A stretch of DNA of 61,592 bases, counting the filler. It is 6 parts of 6 records of this genome, joined end to end, with 100 filler letters (N's around TTAATTAATTAA, not from the genome) between each part and the next. Parts side by side here need not be neighbours in the genome. Positions count along the whole stretch, not along the records: positions 1 to 20,576 come from SRR2962707_5447; 5 more parts are not named here. One strand, 5' to 3'. Numbering within the stretch: position 1 is the stretch's first letter; each line of letters begins with the position of its first letter. Positions 1 through 8,911 of the stretch are shown here, piece by piece. The translations under genes and the position numbers were made by a program. Below the pieces are notes generated by a model, which worked only from the letters and a program-made list of their open reading frames with translations, searched no databases and had not been told where the DNA came from.

Positions 1-30
1 TCACAGGTTCGAATCCTGTCGGGTGCGCCA
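1..30 (+). tRNA. 3' end (T-arm, acceptor stem, CCA) of a tRNA, most likely tRNA-Arg(CCG), truncated by window start; alternatively an att-site duplicate
   Basis: TCACAGGTTCGAATCCTGTCGGGTGCGCCA: T-stem CAGG/CCTG around TTCGAAT and terminal CCA. It matches my recollection of the alphaproteobacterial tRNA-Arg(CCG) 3' end; the anticodon is not visible. Confidence 0.8.
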
Positions 31-136
31 CTTATCTGCCTTTTGATTACAAGACCTTATCCAAATACGGTTCCCTTCGGGACTGCTCCTTTCGTGCACC
101 GGTCCCAATCTGGGCGCAACGAAAGGAAATACGCCC

Positions 137-410
137 ATGGCGTCCCTTGGAAAACGCAATGGCAAGTGGCAGGCATGAGTCCGCAATGTTGGCTACAATC
201 CATACTCCCAAAGCTTCCACAATCGAACCGACGCGCAATGCTGGGTACGTCTAACCAAAATCAAGTTTGACCGGCGTGCATTGGCCTTTGATCCCGCAAC
301 TGTCGAAAGGATGAAAGTCGCGGAGCTTCTCACGCGCTAAAGGTACCAGGTGACGCCGCAACAGAGCGGAACCCTAACGAAGCCAAGCGCATAGAGGTAT
401 TCCGACGGGA
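137..410 (+). pseudogene. Decayed tyrosine recombinase/phage integrase N-terminus
   Basis: The frame from ATG137 (RBS GAAAGGA) reads MASLGKRNGKWQA*VRNVGYNPYSQSFHNRTDAQCW...DRRALAFDPATVERMKVAELLTR*RYQVTP. This resembles the arm-binding N-terminus of tRNA-targeting integrases, with in-frame stops and no catalytic domain. End coordinate approximate. Confidence 0.75.
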
Positions 411-558
411 GAAATGGACTGGTTTCTGATGTACACAGAAGTTAGGACCGCCGATCCGGCCTCTCAGGCGATCTTAAGCTTTTATATCAGGCCGCTGCCG
501 GGTAGCGTCTTTTCAAACGCTGACGATGTTATCCGCGTGAGTAATCAAGGCTGCTTCC

Positions 559-1461
559 ATGTCCCGTCTCAATATCGAACAACTGCACACGTTTCTTGAG
601 GTTGTTCGCCTGGGCGGGGTGCGCAAGGCGGCGCAGAGCCTGAACGTCAGCCAACCTGCCGTGAGTTCCAGAATCAAATCGCTCGAGGAAGCGCTGGCGG
701 TGGACCTGTTCTATCGCAGCTCAGGCGGCCTGACCCTGACCAAACGGGGCGAAATGCTGATCCGTTACGCCGAACAGTTCGAACACCTGTGCGAACAGGT
801 GACAGCCAATATCATCGCCCCCGATGCGATCGAGCAACAGTTGCGCCTCGGCGTCGCCGAAACCGTGGCGCAATCCTGGTTGCCAGATTTCGTCTCTGCG
901 CTGCACCACCATTTCCCGAAAGTCGAGATCGAGATCGATGTCGACGTCTCCACCAATCTGCGCGAACGGCTGCTCGACCGCGAGATCGACCTTGCCATTC
1001 TGCTGGGCCCGGTGTCGGAGGCGACAATCGCAAACATCATGCTGCCCGGGTTCGACATGGCCTGGTATGTGGCCGCACAAACCACCAGTCCGGACGGCGA
1101 TGACGCCAGCCTGATCGCGTCTCACCCGGTGATCACCTTTGCCCGCAACACCCGTCCGCACCGCGAGCTCAAGCGCGCCCTGTTCGAAAGGGTGGGACCA
1201 GGCGTGCAGATCTTTACGTCCTCATCGCTGTCAGCGTGTTTCAGGCTGGTTGAGGCCGGGTTGGGTGTGGCGGCACTGCCGCAAATTCTGGGGCGTGACC
1301 TGGTGGCGCGTGGTGCGCTGCGCACCTTCGATCCGGGGTGGTTGCCTTCGCCGCTGCAGTTCACTGCATCCTACCTCGGCGATCCGAAAAGCCATGTCGT
1401 GGAAATCGCGGCGCAGCTGGCACTGGCCACGGCGCAAGACCGAAGCGATCAAAAAACCTGA
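559..1461 (+). CDS. LysR-family transcriptional regulator
   Basis: N-terminal HTH (FLEVVRLGGVRKAAQSLNVSQPAVSSRIKSLEEAL), LysR substrate-binding domain, 300 aa. Confidence 0.95.
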   Translation: MSRLNIEQLHTFLEVVRLGGVRKAAQSLNVSQPAVSSRIKSLEEALAVDLFYRSSGGLTLTKRGEMLIRYAEQFEHLCEQVTANIIAPDAIEQQLRLGVAETVAQSWLPDFVSALHHHFPKVEIEIDVDVSTNLRERLLDREIDLAILLGPVSEATIANIMLPGFDMAWYVAAQTTSPDGDDASLIASHPVITFARNTRPHRELKRALFERVGPGVQIFTSSSLSACFRLVEAGLGVAALPQILGRDLVARGALRTFDPGWLPSPLQFTASYLGDPKSHVVEIAAQLALATAQDRSDQKT

Positions 1462-1463
1462 TC
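1447..1463. promoter_or_regulatory. Putative LysR binding box (T-N11-A dyad) upstream of the hydantoinase operon
   Basis: GATCAAAAAACCTGATC inverted repeat overlapping the lysR stop codon, about 90 bp upstream of the operon start. Confidence 0.55.
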
Positions 1464-1552
1464 ACTCAAGCCAAGAAAATTCGATTTGATTTGATTGATC
1501 TTGCCTGCGACGCTGCCTGCATGACGCCTCTTGCCGGAAGATGTAAAACCTG

Positions 1553-3607
1553 ATGCCAAGCTCCCGTATTACCATTGCCGTCGACATCGGTGGAACCTTC
1601 ACCGACCTGGAGTTCCGCGATTCCAGCACAGGTGCCGCTCACAGCCTGAAATCTCCGACAACCCCTGATAACCCGGCACGCGGGTTGACCGATGCCATCG
1701 CATTGGCAGGCGAGCGGTTCGGCTTCACCACCGCCGATATCGGGCTGATCCTGCATGGCACGACGATTGCCACCAACGCTGTTCTGACCCGCGATCTGCC
1801 CGCCGGCGCGCTGATCACCACTGAAGGCTTCGAGGATGTGCTTGAAATCGGGCGCCATGCCCGCAGCGACATCTATGCCCTGCGCGGCCCCGACCGCAGC
1901 ATCCTGGTCCCCCGCCGTCACCGCTTCGGCGCACCGGGCCGCATTGCCGCGTCAGGCGAGGTCGTGCGCGAGATCGATATGGCGGCGCTGGACACGATGA
2001 TAGACCGCGTGGCTGGTTCCGGCGCCAAGGCCACCGCCATTTGCCTGCTCAACTCCTATGCCAACCCGGCTCAGGAAATCGTTATCCGTGACCGTTTGCT
2101 GGCGCGTTGTCCTGACATGGCCGTGTCCTGCAGCCACGAAGTGTCGCCCGAGATTCGCGAGTTCGAGCGGACGGCAACCACGGTTCTCAATGCTCTGCTG
2201 GTTCCCGTCATCGCTCGCTATGTCACCGCATTGCGCGCACGGTTGACCGAGGCGCAGATCACCGCTCCGGTTTATCTTATCCAGTCCAACGGCGGCGCGA
2301 TCAGCCTTGATGCGGCGGTGCAGGCGCCGGTCAAGCTGCTGCTCTCAGGCCCATCGGGCGGTGTTCTGGCCGCGCAGAAACTGGCCAATACGCTGAAGAC
2401 ACCGGATGTTGTCGGCGTCGATATGGGCGGCACCAGCTATGACGTGGCCGTGGTGGCCGGCGGCGAACGCACGGTTGTCACCCAGGGCGAAATTGACGGG
2501 TTGCCGGTTCGTGTGCCGATGGTCGAAATGAACACAATCGGCGCGGGCGGCGGTTCGATCGCCTTTGTCGACCCTTCGGGCCGGCTGCAGGTGGGGCCGC
2601 GCAGTGCGGGGGCAGTGCCGGGGCCGGTCTGCTACAATCGTGGCGGCACCGAACCGACGGTGACCGATGTGAATCTTATCCTGGGGCGGCTTGATCCAGC
2701 CACATTCCTGGGTGGGCGCTTTGCCCTTGATCTGGACGGCGCGCGCGCCGCATTGCGCGACAGGATCGAACAGCCGCTTTCGCTGACGCCGGATCATGCC
2801 GCGGCCGGCATCCTTGCCGTGGTCAACGCGAAACTTGCCGCCTCGATCAAGTTTTCGCTCTTTGCCAAGGGGCTCGACCCGCGTGATTTTGCGCTGATGA
2901 GTTTTGGCGGAGCAGGCGGCCTGCATGCCATCGAGGTGGCCGAAGAACTCGGCATCACCCAGGTGATCTTTCCGCGCGATCCATCGACTTTTTCGGCCCA
3001 TGGCATCCTGTTTTCCGACATCCAGCACGATCTTTCGCGCACCGAGATTCTGCCGTTGGCGCCCGAAAGCCTGCCGGCCCTCAATGCAATGGCAGACGAT
3101 TTGCGCACACGCGGCAGTGCGCTGCTGGATCAGGATAAAATGCCTGAGGACAAGCGCATCCTCACCCTTACCGCCGATCTGCGCTATCGCGGCCAGGCGT
3201 TTGAGCTGATGACCGCCGTGCCCGAGGGTCCTTTGAGCGTGGAAACCCTTGCGATCTTGCGCGACCGTTTCGAGGACCAGCATCGCCAGCGCTTTTCCTT
3301 CGATGACCCGAAGGAGGCCGTCGAGCTTGTCACCCTGCGGCTGACCGCGATCGGCGTGCTGGGCGATGCGGATTTGCCCGCCGTCGCTTACGCCCTGAGC
3401 GAAACGGCAGCCGTTACCCACCGCCCTGTCCATGTGGACGGCGGCTGGTTCGACACACCGGTGCATCGCCAGCTTTCGCTTGCACCCGGCGCCAGCGTGA
3501 CTGGCCCGGCCATCATCGAACAGGAATACACCACTTTGCTGATCCCCGGCCGCTGGACCCTGACCATGACCGCGACCGGCGACATGACCGCAAGGAAACA
3601 GCCATGA
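1553..3607 (+). CDS. hyuA: Hydantoinase A / oxoprolinase family ATP-binding subunit
   Basis: Motifs DIGGTFTD, HGTTIATN, EIREFER, DMGGTSYD, IGAGGGSIA, AGAVPGPVCY, FGGAGGLHA. Confidence 0.93.
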   Translation: MPSSRITIAVDIGGTFTDLEFRDSSTGAAHSLKSPTTPDNPARGLTDAIALAGERFGFTTADIGLILHGTTIATNAVLTRDLPAGALITTEGFEDVLEIGRHARSDIYALRGPDRSILVPRRHRFGAPGRIAASGEVVREIDMAALDTMIDRVAGSGAKATAICLLNSYANPAQEIVIRDRLLARCPDMAVSCSHEVSPEIREFERTATTVLNALLVPVIARYVTALRARLTEAQITAPVYLIQSNGGAISLDAAVQAPVKLLLSGPSGGVLAAQKLANTLKTPDVVGVDMGGTSYDVAVVAGGERTVVTQGEIDGLPVRVPMVEMNTIGAGGGSIAFVDPSGRLQVGPRSAGAVPGPVCYNRGGTEPTVTDVNLILGRLDPATFLGGRFALDLDGARAALRDRIEQPLSLTPDHAAAGILAVVNAKLAASIKFSLFAKGLDPRDFALMSFGGAGGLHAIEVAEELGITQVIFPRDPSTFSAHGILFSDIQHDLSRTEILPLAPESLPALNAMADDLRTRGSALLDQDKMPEDKRILTLTADLRYRGQAFELMTAVPEGPLSVETLAILRDRFEDQHRQRFSFDDPKEAVELVTLRLTAIGVLGDADLPAVAYALSETAAVTHRPVHVDGGWFDTPVHRQLSLAPGASVTGPAIIEQEYTTLLIPGRWTLTMTATGDMTARKQP

Positions 3608-5232
3608 CCCGCCCCGATCCCGTCCTTTTGGAAATCGTCTCCGCCGCGCTTGTGTCGGTGGCCGAGGAAATGTCGGTCACCGTCTGGCGCACGTCCCGGT
3701 CGACGACCGTGCGCGAGTTGCTCGATTACTCTACCGCCGTGTTTGACGGCCAGGGCCGCAACGTCGCCCAGGCGGCGCGCATGCCGGTGCACCTCAATTC
3801 GATGGAATTGTGCCTGCACCACATCGCTGCCCACCATATTCCGCTCGACGAATGGCGCGACGGGGAAGTGATCGTGACCAACGATCCCTATTGCGGCGGC
3901 CAGCACCTGCCGGATTTCATCGCCTTCAAACCGGTGTTTAAGGACGGTCAGCGCATCGCCATCACCTGTGTGCTGATCCACCATGTCGATGTCGGCGGCG
4001 GTGCCGCGGGCGGCTACAACGCCAAGGCGGTCGAGGTGTTTCAGGAAGGCCTGCGCCTGCCGCCGGTGCGGATCGTGCGCGATGGCAAGATGCAGGAGGA
4101 CCTGTTCGCCACCATCCTGCAAAATGTCCGCGAGCCGGAAACCTTCCGCGGCGATTTTTTGAGCCAGATCGCTGCACTTGATGTCGGCGCGCGGGCGATG
4201 CTGCGGCTGGCCGACCGCTATGGTGTCAAGGCACTCGACGAGATCGGTGCGGCCCTTCTTGATCATGCCGAGCATGAGATGCGCAACGCGCTGGAAGCCT
4301 TGCCCGACGGCACCTACAGCGCCGAGGATTTCGTCGATGGCGACGGGATCGAGGACGGCGTCAAACGGATCTCGGTCGCGCTGACGATCAAGGGCAGCGA
4401 CATCGCGCTGGATTTTACTGGCACGTCCGACCAGGCCAAGGGGCCGATCAACGCCACCATGGCGACCACAACCTCGGCCGTCTATTATGCCGTGATCGCA
4501 GCCTGCGGCGTGACTGCTACGGTTAACGCAGGCTGTTACCGGCCGATTACTGTGACCGCACCCGAGGGATCACTGGTCAATGCCAGTTTCCCCGCGCCGG
4601 TGTCGATGCGGATGCTGCCGGGACACAAGATCGCCACCGCCGTGCTGCGCGCCTTTGCCCAGGTGATGCCGGAGCGCATTCCGGCGAGCTATTACGGCAC
4701 CACCTTCAATCATGCGGTCAATATCCGCCACGGCGACGGCCGCCGTCAGGTCTATTTCGATTCCGAACTGGGCGGCTGGGGCGCGCATCCCGAACGCGAC
4801 GGGCCGAACGGTCTCGCCGCCGGCTTTCACAACGGCCAGAACACCCCGGTCGAAATGATCGAGGCGCTGTTTCCACTGCGCTTCACCCGCTACGGCCTGG
4901 TGCGGGGCTCGGGTGGTGCGGGCCGCATGCGCGGCGGCCTCGGCATCGTGCGCGAATGGGAATTCCTGGCCGAAAGCGGCTTGCTCAACTCGGCCTTTGA
5001 TGCCTTTGAATCCCTGCCCTACGGGCTGGAAGGTGGCGAGCCCGGGCGCGGCGGCAGCCTGAGCGTGACGCGCGATGGCGTGACCACGCCTCTGGCCGCC
5101 AAGACCATCGGTCATGCCCTGCGCCCTGGCGATATTGTGCGGATGGAGACCCCTGGCGGTGGCGGCCATGGCGACCCGGAACTGCGGGACGCGACGGCAA
5201 TCGCCGAGGATCAGGCCGATGGCTATGTCTGA
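3604..5232 (+). CDS. hyuB: Hydantoinase B / oxoprolinase family subunit
   Basis: Motifs NDPYCGGQHLPD, HHVDVGG, FQEGLRLPP, NTPVEMIE, ETPGGGGHG; ATGA overlap with hyuA. Confidence 0.93.
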   Translation: MTRPDPVLLEIVSAALVSVAEEMSVTVWRTSRSTTVRELLDYSTAVFDGQGRNVAQAARMPVHLNSMELCLHHIAAHHIPLDEWRDGEVIVTNDPYCGGQHLPDFIAFKPVFKDGQRIAITCVLIHHVDVGGGAAGGYNAKAVEVFQEGLRLPPVRIVRDGKMQEDLFATILQNVREPETFRGDFLSQIAALDVGARAMLRLADRYGVKALDEIGAALLDHAEHEMRNALEALPDGTYSAEDFVDGDGIEDGVKRISVALTIKGSDIALDFTGTSDQAKGPINATMATTTSAVYYAVIAACGVTATVNAGCYRPITVTAPEGSLVNASFPAPVSMRMLPGHKIATAVLRAFAQVMPERIPASYYGTTFNHAVNIRHGDGRRQVYFDSELGGWGAHPERDGPNGLAAGFHNGQNTPVEMIEALFPLRFTRYGLVRGSGGAGRMRGGLGIVREWEFLAESGLLNSAFDAFESLPYGLEGGEPGRGGSLSVTRDGVTTPLAAKTIGHALRPGDIVRMETPGGGGHGDPELRDATAIAEDQADGYV

Positions 5233-5421
5233 GCTCGGCGACTGCAATGTCAGCGGTGTAAACGATGCCCTGAGCGGCAGCGCAGAAGCGTTTTACCTGA
5301 GCCAAACATTTGGGCGCGGTGAGGTAAGTCCCCGCAGGGATTGCATATTCGGCGCAACATCTGCGAAGGTCTGCAAAGGTCGGCTCTTGCCTGATCGGCT
5401 TTGCATCTTGGGAGACGGGAA

Positions 5422-5997
5422 ATGACCGAACCACTGCCACAACGAGTGTCGCGCTGGCTGGCATGGGTGGCAGGAGCAGTGATCCTGTTTGGCTGTGCGG
5501 TGCCAATCACCATTGACGTTCTGGCGCGGTATTTTCTGAACCGCGGTCTGGTGGAGAGTTTCGAGATTTCGGGCTACGGCCTCGCCGCCTGCATCGGGCT
5601 CGGGCTCGCCTTCACGGTCACCACCAAGGCCCATATCCGGGTCGATTTTATTGTGGCCAAGATGCCGTTTCCTGTGCGCGCCGCCTGTGATCTGCTGGCG
5701 GCTTGCGCGCTCGCCGTGGTGGCGGCGGCGCTGGCCTGGTTTGCCTGGGGCACGGTTTCGCAGTCCTGGGCGATGGGCGCGCGGTCGATGTCTCAGCTGC
5801 AGATCCCCATTGTGATCCCGCAGGGCCTGTGGTGGATCGGGTTGTTCTGGTTTGCCTGCATGGCGGTGCTGGCGCCGATTCAGGCCGTGATCCGCCTTAT
5901 CAAGGGCGATCGTGCCGGGTTCGAGGCGGCGATCGGGTCAGCCGATATCAATGCCGAGATCGATGAAGCCGTGCATGCCGTGGAGGAGCTGCGATGA
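5422..5997 (+). CDS. dctQ: TRAP transporter small permease (DctQ family)
   Basis: 4 TM segments, DVLARY and HIRVD motifs; start set at ATG5422 after GGAGA. Confidence 0.88.
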   Translation: MTEPLPQRVSRWLAWVAGAVILFGCAVPITIDVLARYFLNRGLVESFEISGYGLAACIGLGLAFTVTTKAHIRVDFIVAKMPFPVRAACDLLAACALAVVAAALAWFAWGTVSQSWAMGARSMSQLQIPIVIPQGLWWIGLFWFACMAVLAPIQAVIRLIKGDRAGFEAAIGSADINAEIDEAVHAVEELR

Positions 5998-7301
5998 TCG
6001 GCGCGGCGTTTCTCCTGCTGCTGGTGATGTTGGTGCTCAGCCTGCCTGTGGCAGCAGTTCTGGCCCTAACCGGCTACATCCTTTCTGAAAACTATGCGTT
6101 TTTTCCAATGACGGGTGCAGCGGGTGAACTGGCCTGGAATTCATCCGAAGATTTCATCCTGATCGCAGCGCCGATGTTCATCATGATGGGCGAATTGATG
6201 CACAGATCTGGTGTGTCGGGTCGATTGTTCAACGCGCTGACCCCATGGTTTGCCCGCCTTCCGGGCCGCCTGATGCACACCAACATTGCCGCAAGCGCGG
6301 TCTTTGCCGCAACTTCTGGATCGTCGATCGCCACGGCCGCCACGATCGGCACCGTGGCCATTCCGAACATGGACAAGGGCGGGTATAATCGTCCGTTGTT
6401 TCTGGGTTCCATCGCCGCCGGCGGCACTCTGGGCATTCTCATTCCGCCGTCGATCAACATGATCATCTACGCAGTGCTGACCGACACCTCCGTCGCCGAT
6501 TTGTACGCTGCCGGTTTCATCCCCGGCTTCCTGCTGGCCACGCTGTTTTCCGGCATTGTTCTGGCGCTGGTGCTGTGGCGGCCACATTGGGGTGGACCCA
6601 AGGTGGTTGAGGGATCGCTTTGGCCCGAGCGGCTCAGGGGCCTGCCGCACCTGCTGCCGCCTTTGGGCCTCTTCACGATTGTCGTGGGCAGCATCTATGC
6701 CGGACTTGCTACCCCGACCGAGGCAGCAGCTCTGGGGCTGATCGCCACGGTGATCCTGGTGGCGCTGAACGGCAAGCTGACCCTGCCGGTTTTGCTCACC
6801 GCCTTTGAAGGCACGGTGCGAACCACATGCATGATCATGTTGATCGTGATCGCGGCCTTCTTTCTAAATTTCGTCATGGTTTCCATCGGCCTTGTCGGCG
6901 CGATCACCGATGCGGTGCTGTCGCTCGGCTGGCCGCCTCTGGGTATGCTGCTGGCCATCGTGGTGTTCTACCTGCTGCTGGGCTGTTTCATGGAAACGCT
7001 GTCGATGATGATCGCCACCACCCCGATCATCGTGCCGGTGGTGGTTGGACTGGGCTATTCCCCGGTCTGGTGGGGGGTGGTGTTCGTGATCCTGATCGAG
7101 GCGGCGCTGATCACCCCACCGGTCGGCATGAACCTCTATGTGGTCCAGGCGGTACGCAAGGGCGGCGGCGCGTTTACCGATCTGTTCAAGGGGGCAGCCC
7201 CCTTTCTTGTCGCCATGCTGATCATGATCAGCCTGTTGATTGCCTTTCCGCAGCTGGCGCTCTGGTTGCCCACAATCGTCAATCCAAAAACCGGCGGATA
7301 A
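5994..7301 (+). CDS. dctM: TRAP transporter large permease (DctM family)
   Basis: GSSIATAATIG, GGTLGILIPPS, TPTEAAA, ITPPVGMNL motifs; about 12 TM. Confidence 0.95.
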   Translation: MIGAAFLLLLVMLVLSLPVAAVLALTGYILSENYAFFPMTGAAGELAWNSSEDFILIAAPMFIMMGELMHRSGVSGRLFNALTPWFARLPGRLMHTNIAASAVFAATSGSSIATAATIGTVAIPNMDKGGYNRPLFLGSIAAGGTLGILIPPSINMIIYAVLTDTSVADLYAAGFIPGFLLATLFSGIVLALVLWRPHWGGPKVVEGSLWPERLRGLPHLLPPLGLFTIVVGSIYAGLATPTEAAALGLIATVILVALNGKLTLPVLLTAFEGTVRTTCMIMLIVIAAFFLNFVMVSIGLVGAITDAVLSLGWPPLGMLLAIVVFYLLLGCFMETLSMMIATTPIIVPVVVGLGYSPVWWGVVFVILIEAALITPPVGMNLYVVQAVRKGGGAFTDLFKGAAPFLVAMLIMISLLIAFPQLALWLPTIVNPKTGG

Positions 7302-7324
7302 AGCCGTTTCAACCAAGGGAGACT

Positions 7325-8362
7325 ATGATGAAACTTCTGATGACAACGACGCTCGCGACACTGCTGGCCCTGCCAGCGATAGCCCAAGAGATGCCTGCCA
7401 CCGAATTCAACGTGGTCGGATCCATCGGCAGCCTGTCGATGTACACCGACAAGGAACTTCCGTTCTGGTCCGAAACCGTGCCTGCCGAAACCGGCGGCAA
7501 GATCACCGCCAATGTCAAACCCTTCACCGAACTCGGCTTCAAGGGCGGCGAAATTTTCCGCCTGGTCAGCAACGGCACCTTGCAGATCGCAACCACCGTT
7601 CTGGCCTACAATTCGGGTGAAGTGCCACGCAACGAGGCCACCGATCTGGTCGGCGTGCTCAGCAGTGTTGAACAGCTGGCCGAAGTGGCCGACGCATGGC
7701 GGCCGTCCTATTCCGAATTCCTGGAAAAAGAACACAACATCAAGCTTCTCGGCTTTGGCACTTACCAGGCTCAGGTGATCTATTGCCGCGATGAATTCAC
7801 CTCGCTCGCCGATCTGGCAGGCCGCAAGGTGCGTGCATCCGGCGCCTCGCAGCAGGCCTTCGTCAGCCACCTGGGCGGCTCGCCGCTGTCCATCGCCTTC
7901 GCCGAAGTGCAGCCCTCGCTAGCCAGCGGCGTCGTCGATTGCGCCATCACCGGTGCACTGTCGGGCTACAAGGCCAAATGGCACGAGAGCGCCAAGTTCA
8001 TCTCGCCGATGCCGGTCAATTTCGGCCTTGCGGCACAGCTTGCCAATCTCGACTGGTGGAATGGTCTCGACGCTTCTGTTCAGGACTACCTGACAACAGG
8101 CCTTCGCGGCCTTGAAACCTCGATTTTTGAGCTGGCTGCCACGGAAACCGAAACCGGTCTTGCCTGCAACACCACTGGCCCATGCTCCGAGGGTGAACCG
8201 GCCGGTATGACACTGGTTCCGCTGACTGAAGCTGACGAAGCCCTGCGCGCCGAGGCCGTGAAGGTCGCAATCCTGCCGGCCTTTGCCGAACGCTGCGGCG
8301 CCGAATGCGTATCCGCATGGAATGCAACCATCGGCGGAAAGCTGGGCATCACCATCGAATAA
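7325..8362 (+). CDS. dctP: TRAP transporter substrate-binding protein (DctP family)
   Basis: Signal peptide MMKLLMTTTLATLLALPAIA, DLAGRKVR motif, EVQPSLASGVVDC; real start at 7325 rather than the ORF-track 6827. Confidence 0.9.
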   Translation: MMKLLMTTTLATLLALPAIAQEMPATEFNVVGSIGSLSMYTDKELPFWSETVPAETGGKITANVKPFTELGFKGGEIFRLVSNGTLQIATTVLAYNSGEVPRNEATDLVGVLSSVEQLAEVADAWRPSYSEFLEKEHNIKLLGFGTYQAQVIYCRDEFTSLADLAGRKVRASGASQQAFVSHLGGSPLSIAFAEVQPSLASGVVDCAITGALSGYKAKWHESAKFISPMPVNFGLAAQLANLDWWNGLDASVQDYLTTGLRGLETSIFELAATETETGLACNTTGPCSEGEPAGMTLVPLTEADEALRAEAVKVAILPAFAERCGAECVSAWNATIGGKLGITIE

Positions 8363-8369
8363 GATATCC

Positions 8370-8395
8370 GGGGCGGCCGATCTATCAGCCGCCCC
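8370..8395. terminator. Hairpin between convergent genes, probable terminator
   Basis: GGGGCGGCCGA-TCTA-TCAGCCGCCCC stem just after the dctP stop. Confidence 0.55.
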
Positions 8396-8459
8396 GTTCC
8401 AAACCTTACGGGCATCCCCCGGTTCGCGGCAAGGAGCGCAGACCTTACCACTTAACAGG

Positions 8460-8789
8460 CTAGGTTTCGGTAATTCCGTTCAGATCAGTGCTGTGGGACT
8501 GCAAAAACGCCTTGGTCCCATCTGTAAAATAAGCCTGTGCAATGCCGGGCCCAAGCTTCCTGAGATGAAACGCATGGGTCTGCCCGCTCCTGAACTTCTC
8601 ATAGCGGGTCCAGTAGCTCTCTCCGTCGAATCCGTAAACGCCGGCGTCAACCTCTCCCGATGAAAACCTGGCGGCGCAGCGCCCATCCGAACCGTAATCG
8701 ATGACCGCGAACAGAGTACGGGTCTCCGGCTGAAAGCAGTAAATTTTAAGTCCTTCCAGAAACAGTCTTACGTCGTCAGCATTCATCAT
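8460..8789 (-). CDS. Small hypothetical protein (109 aa)
   Basis: Clean ORF with GAGGTG RBS and globular beta-rich composition; no family recognised. Confidence 0.65.
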   Translation of the reverse strand: MMNADDVRLFLEGLKIYCFQPETRTLFAVIDYGSDGRCAARFSSGEVDAGVYGFDGESYWTRYEKFRSGQTHAFHLRKLGPGIAQAYFTDGTKAFLQSHSTDLNGITET

Positions 8790-8911
8790 ATTTCACCTCA
8801 ATTGAAAAAGTTATGTTGCTGAAAAATGGATGCTTGCAGACAAATGCACCGACACGCAATGCAGGTTCATCGTTCAAGCCAAGCCCTGGGGCGCTTGTCG
8901 CTCTGATCATG

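Noticed and set aside
6827-7324. N-terminal extension of the DctP ORF (511 aa)
   Set aside because: Overlaps dctM; the signal peptide and RBS place the start at 7325.
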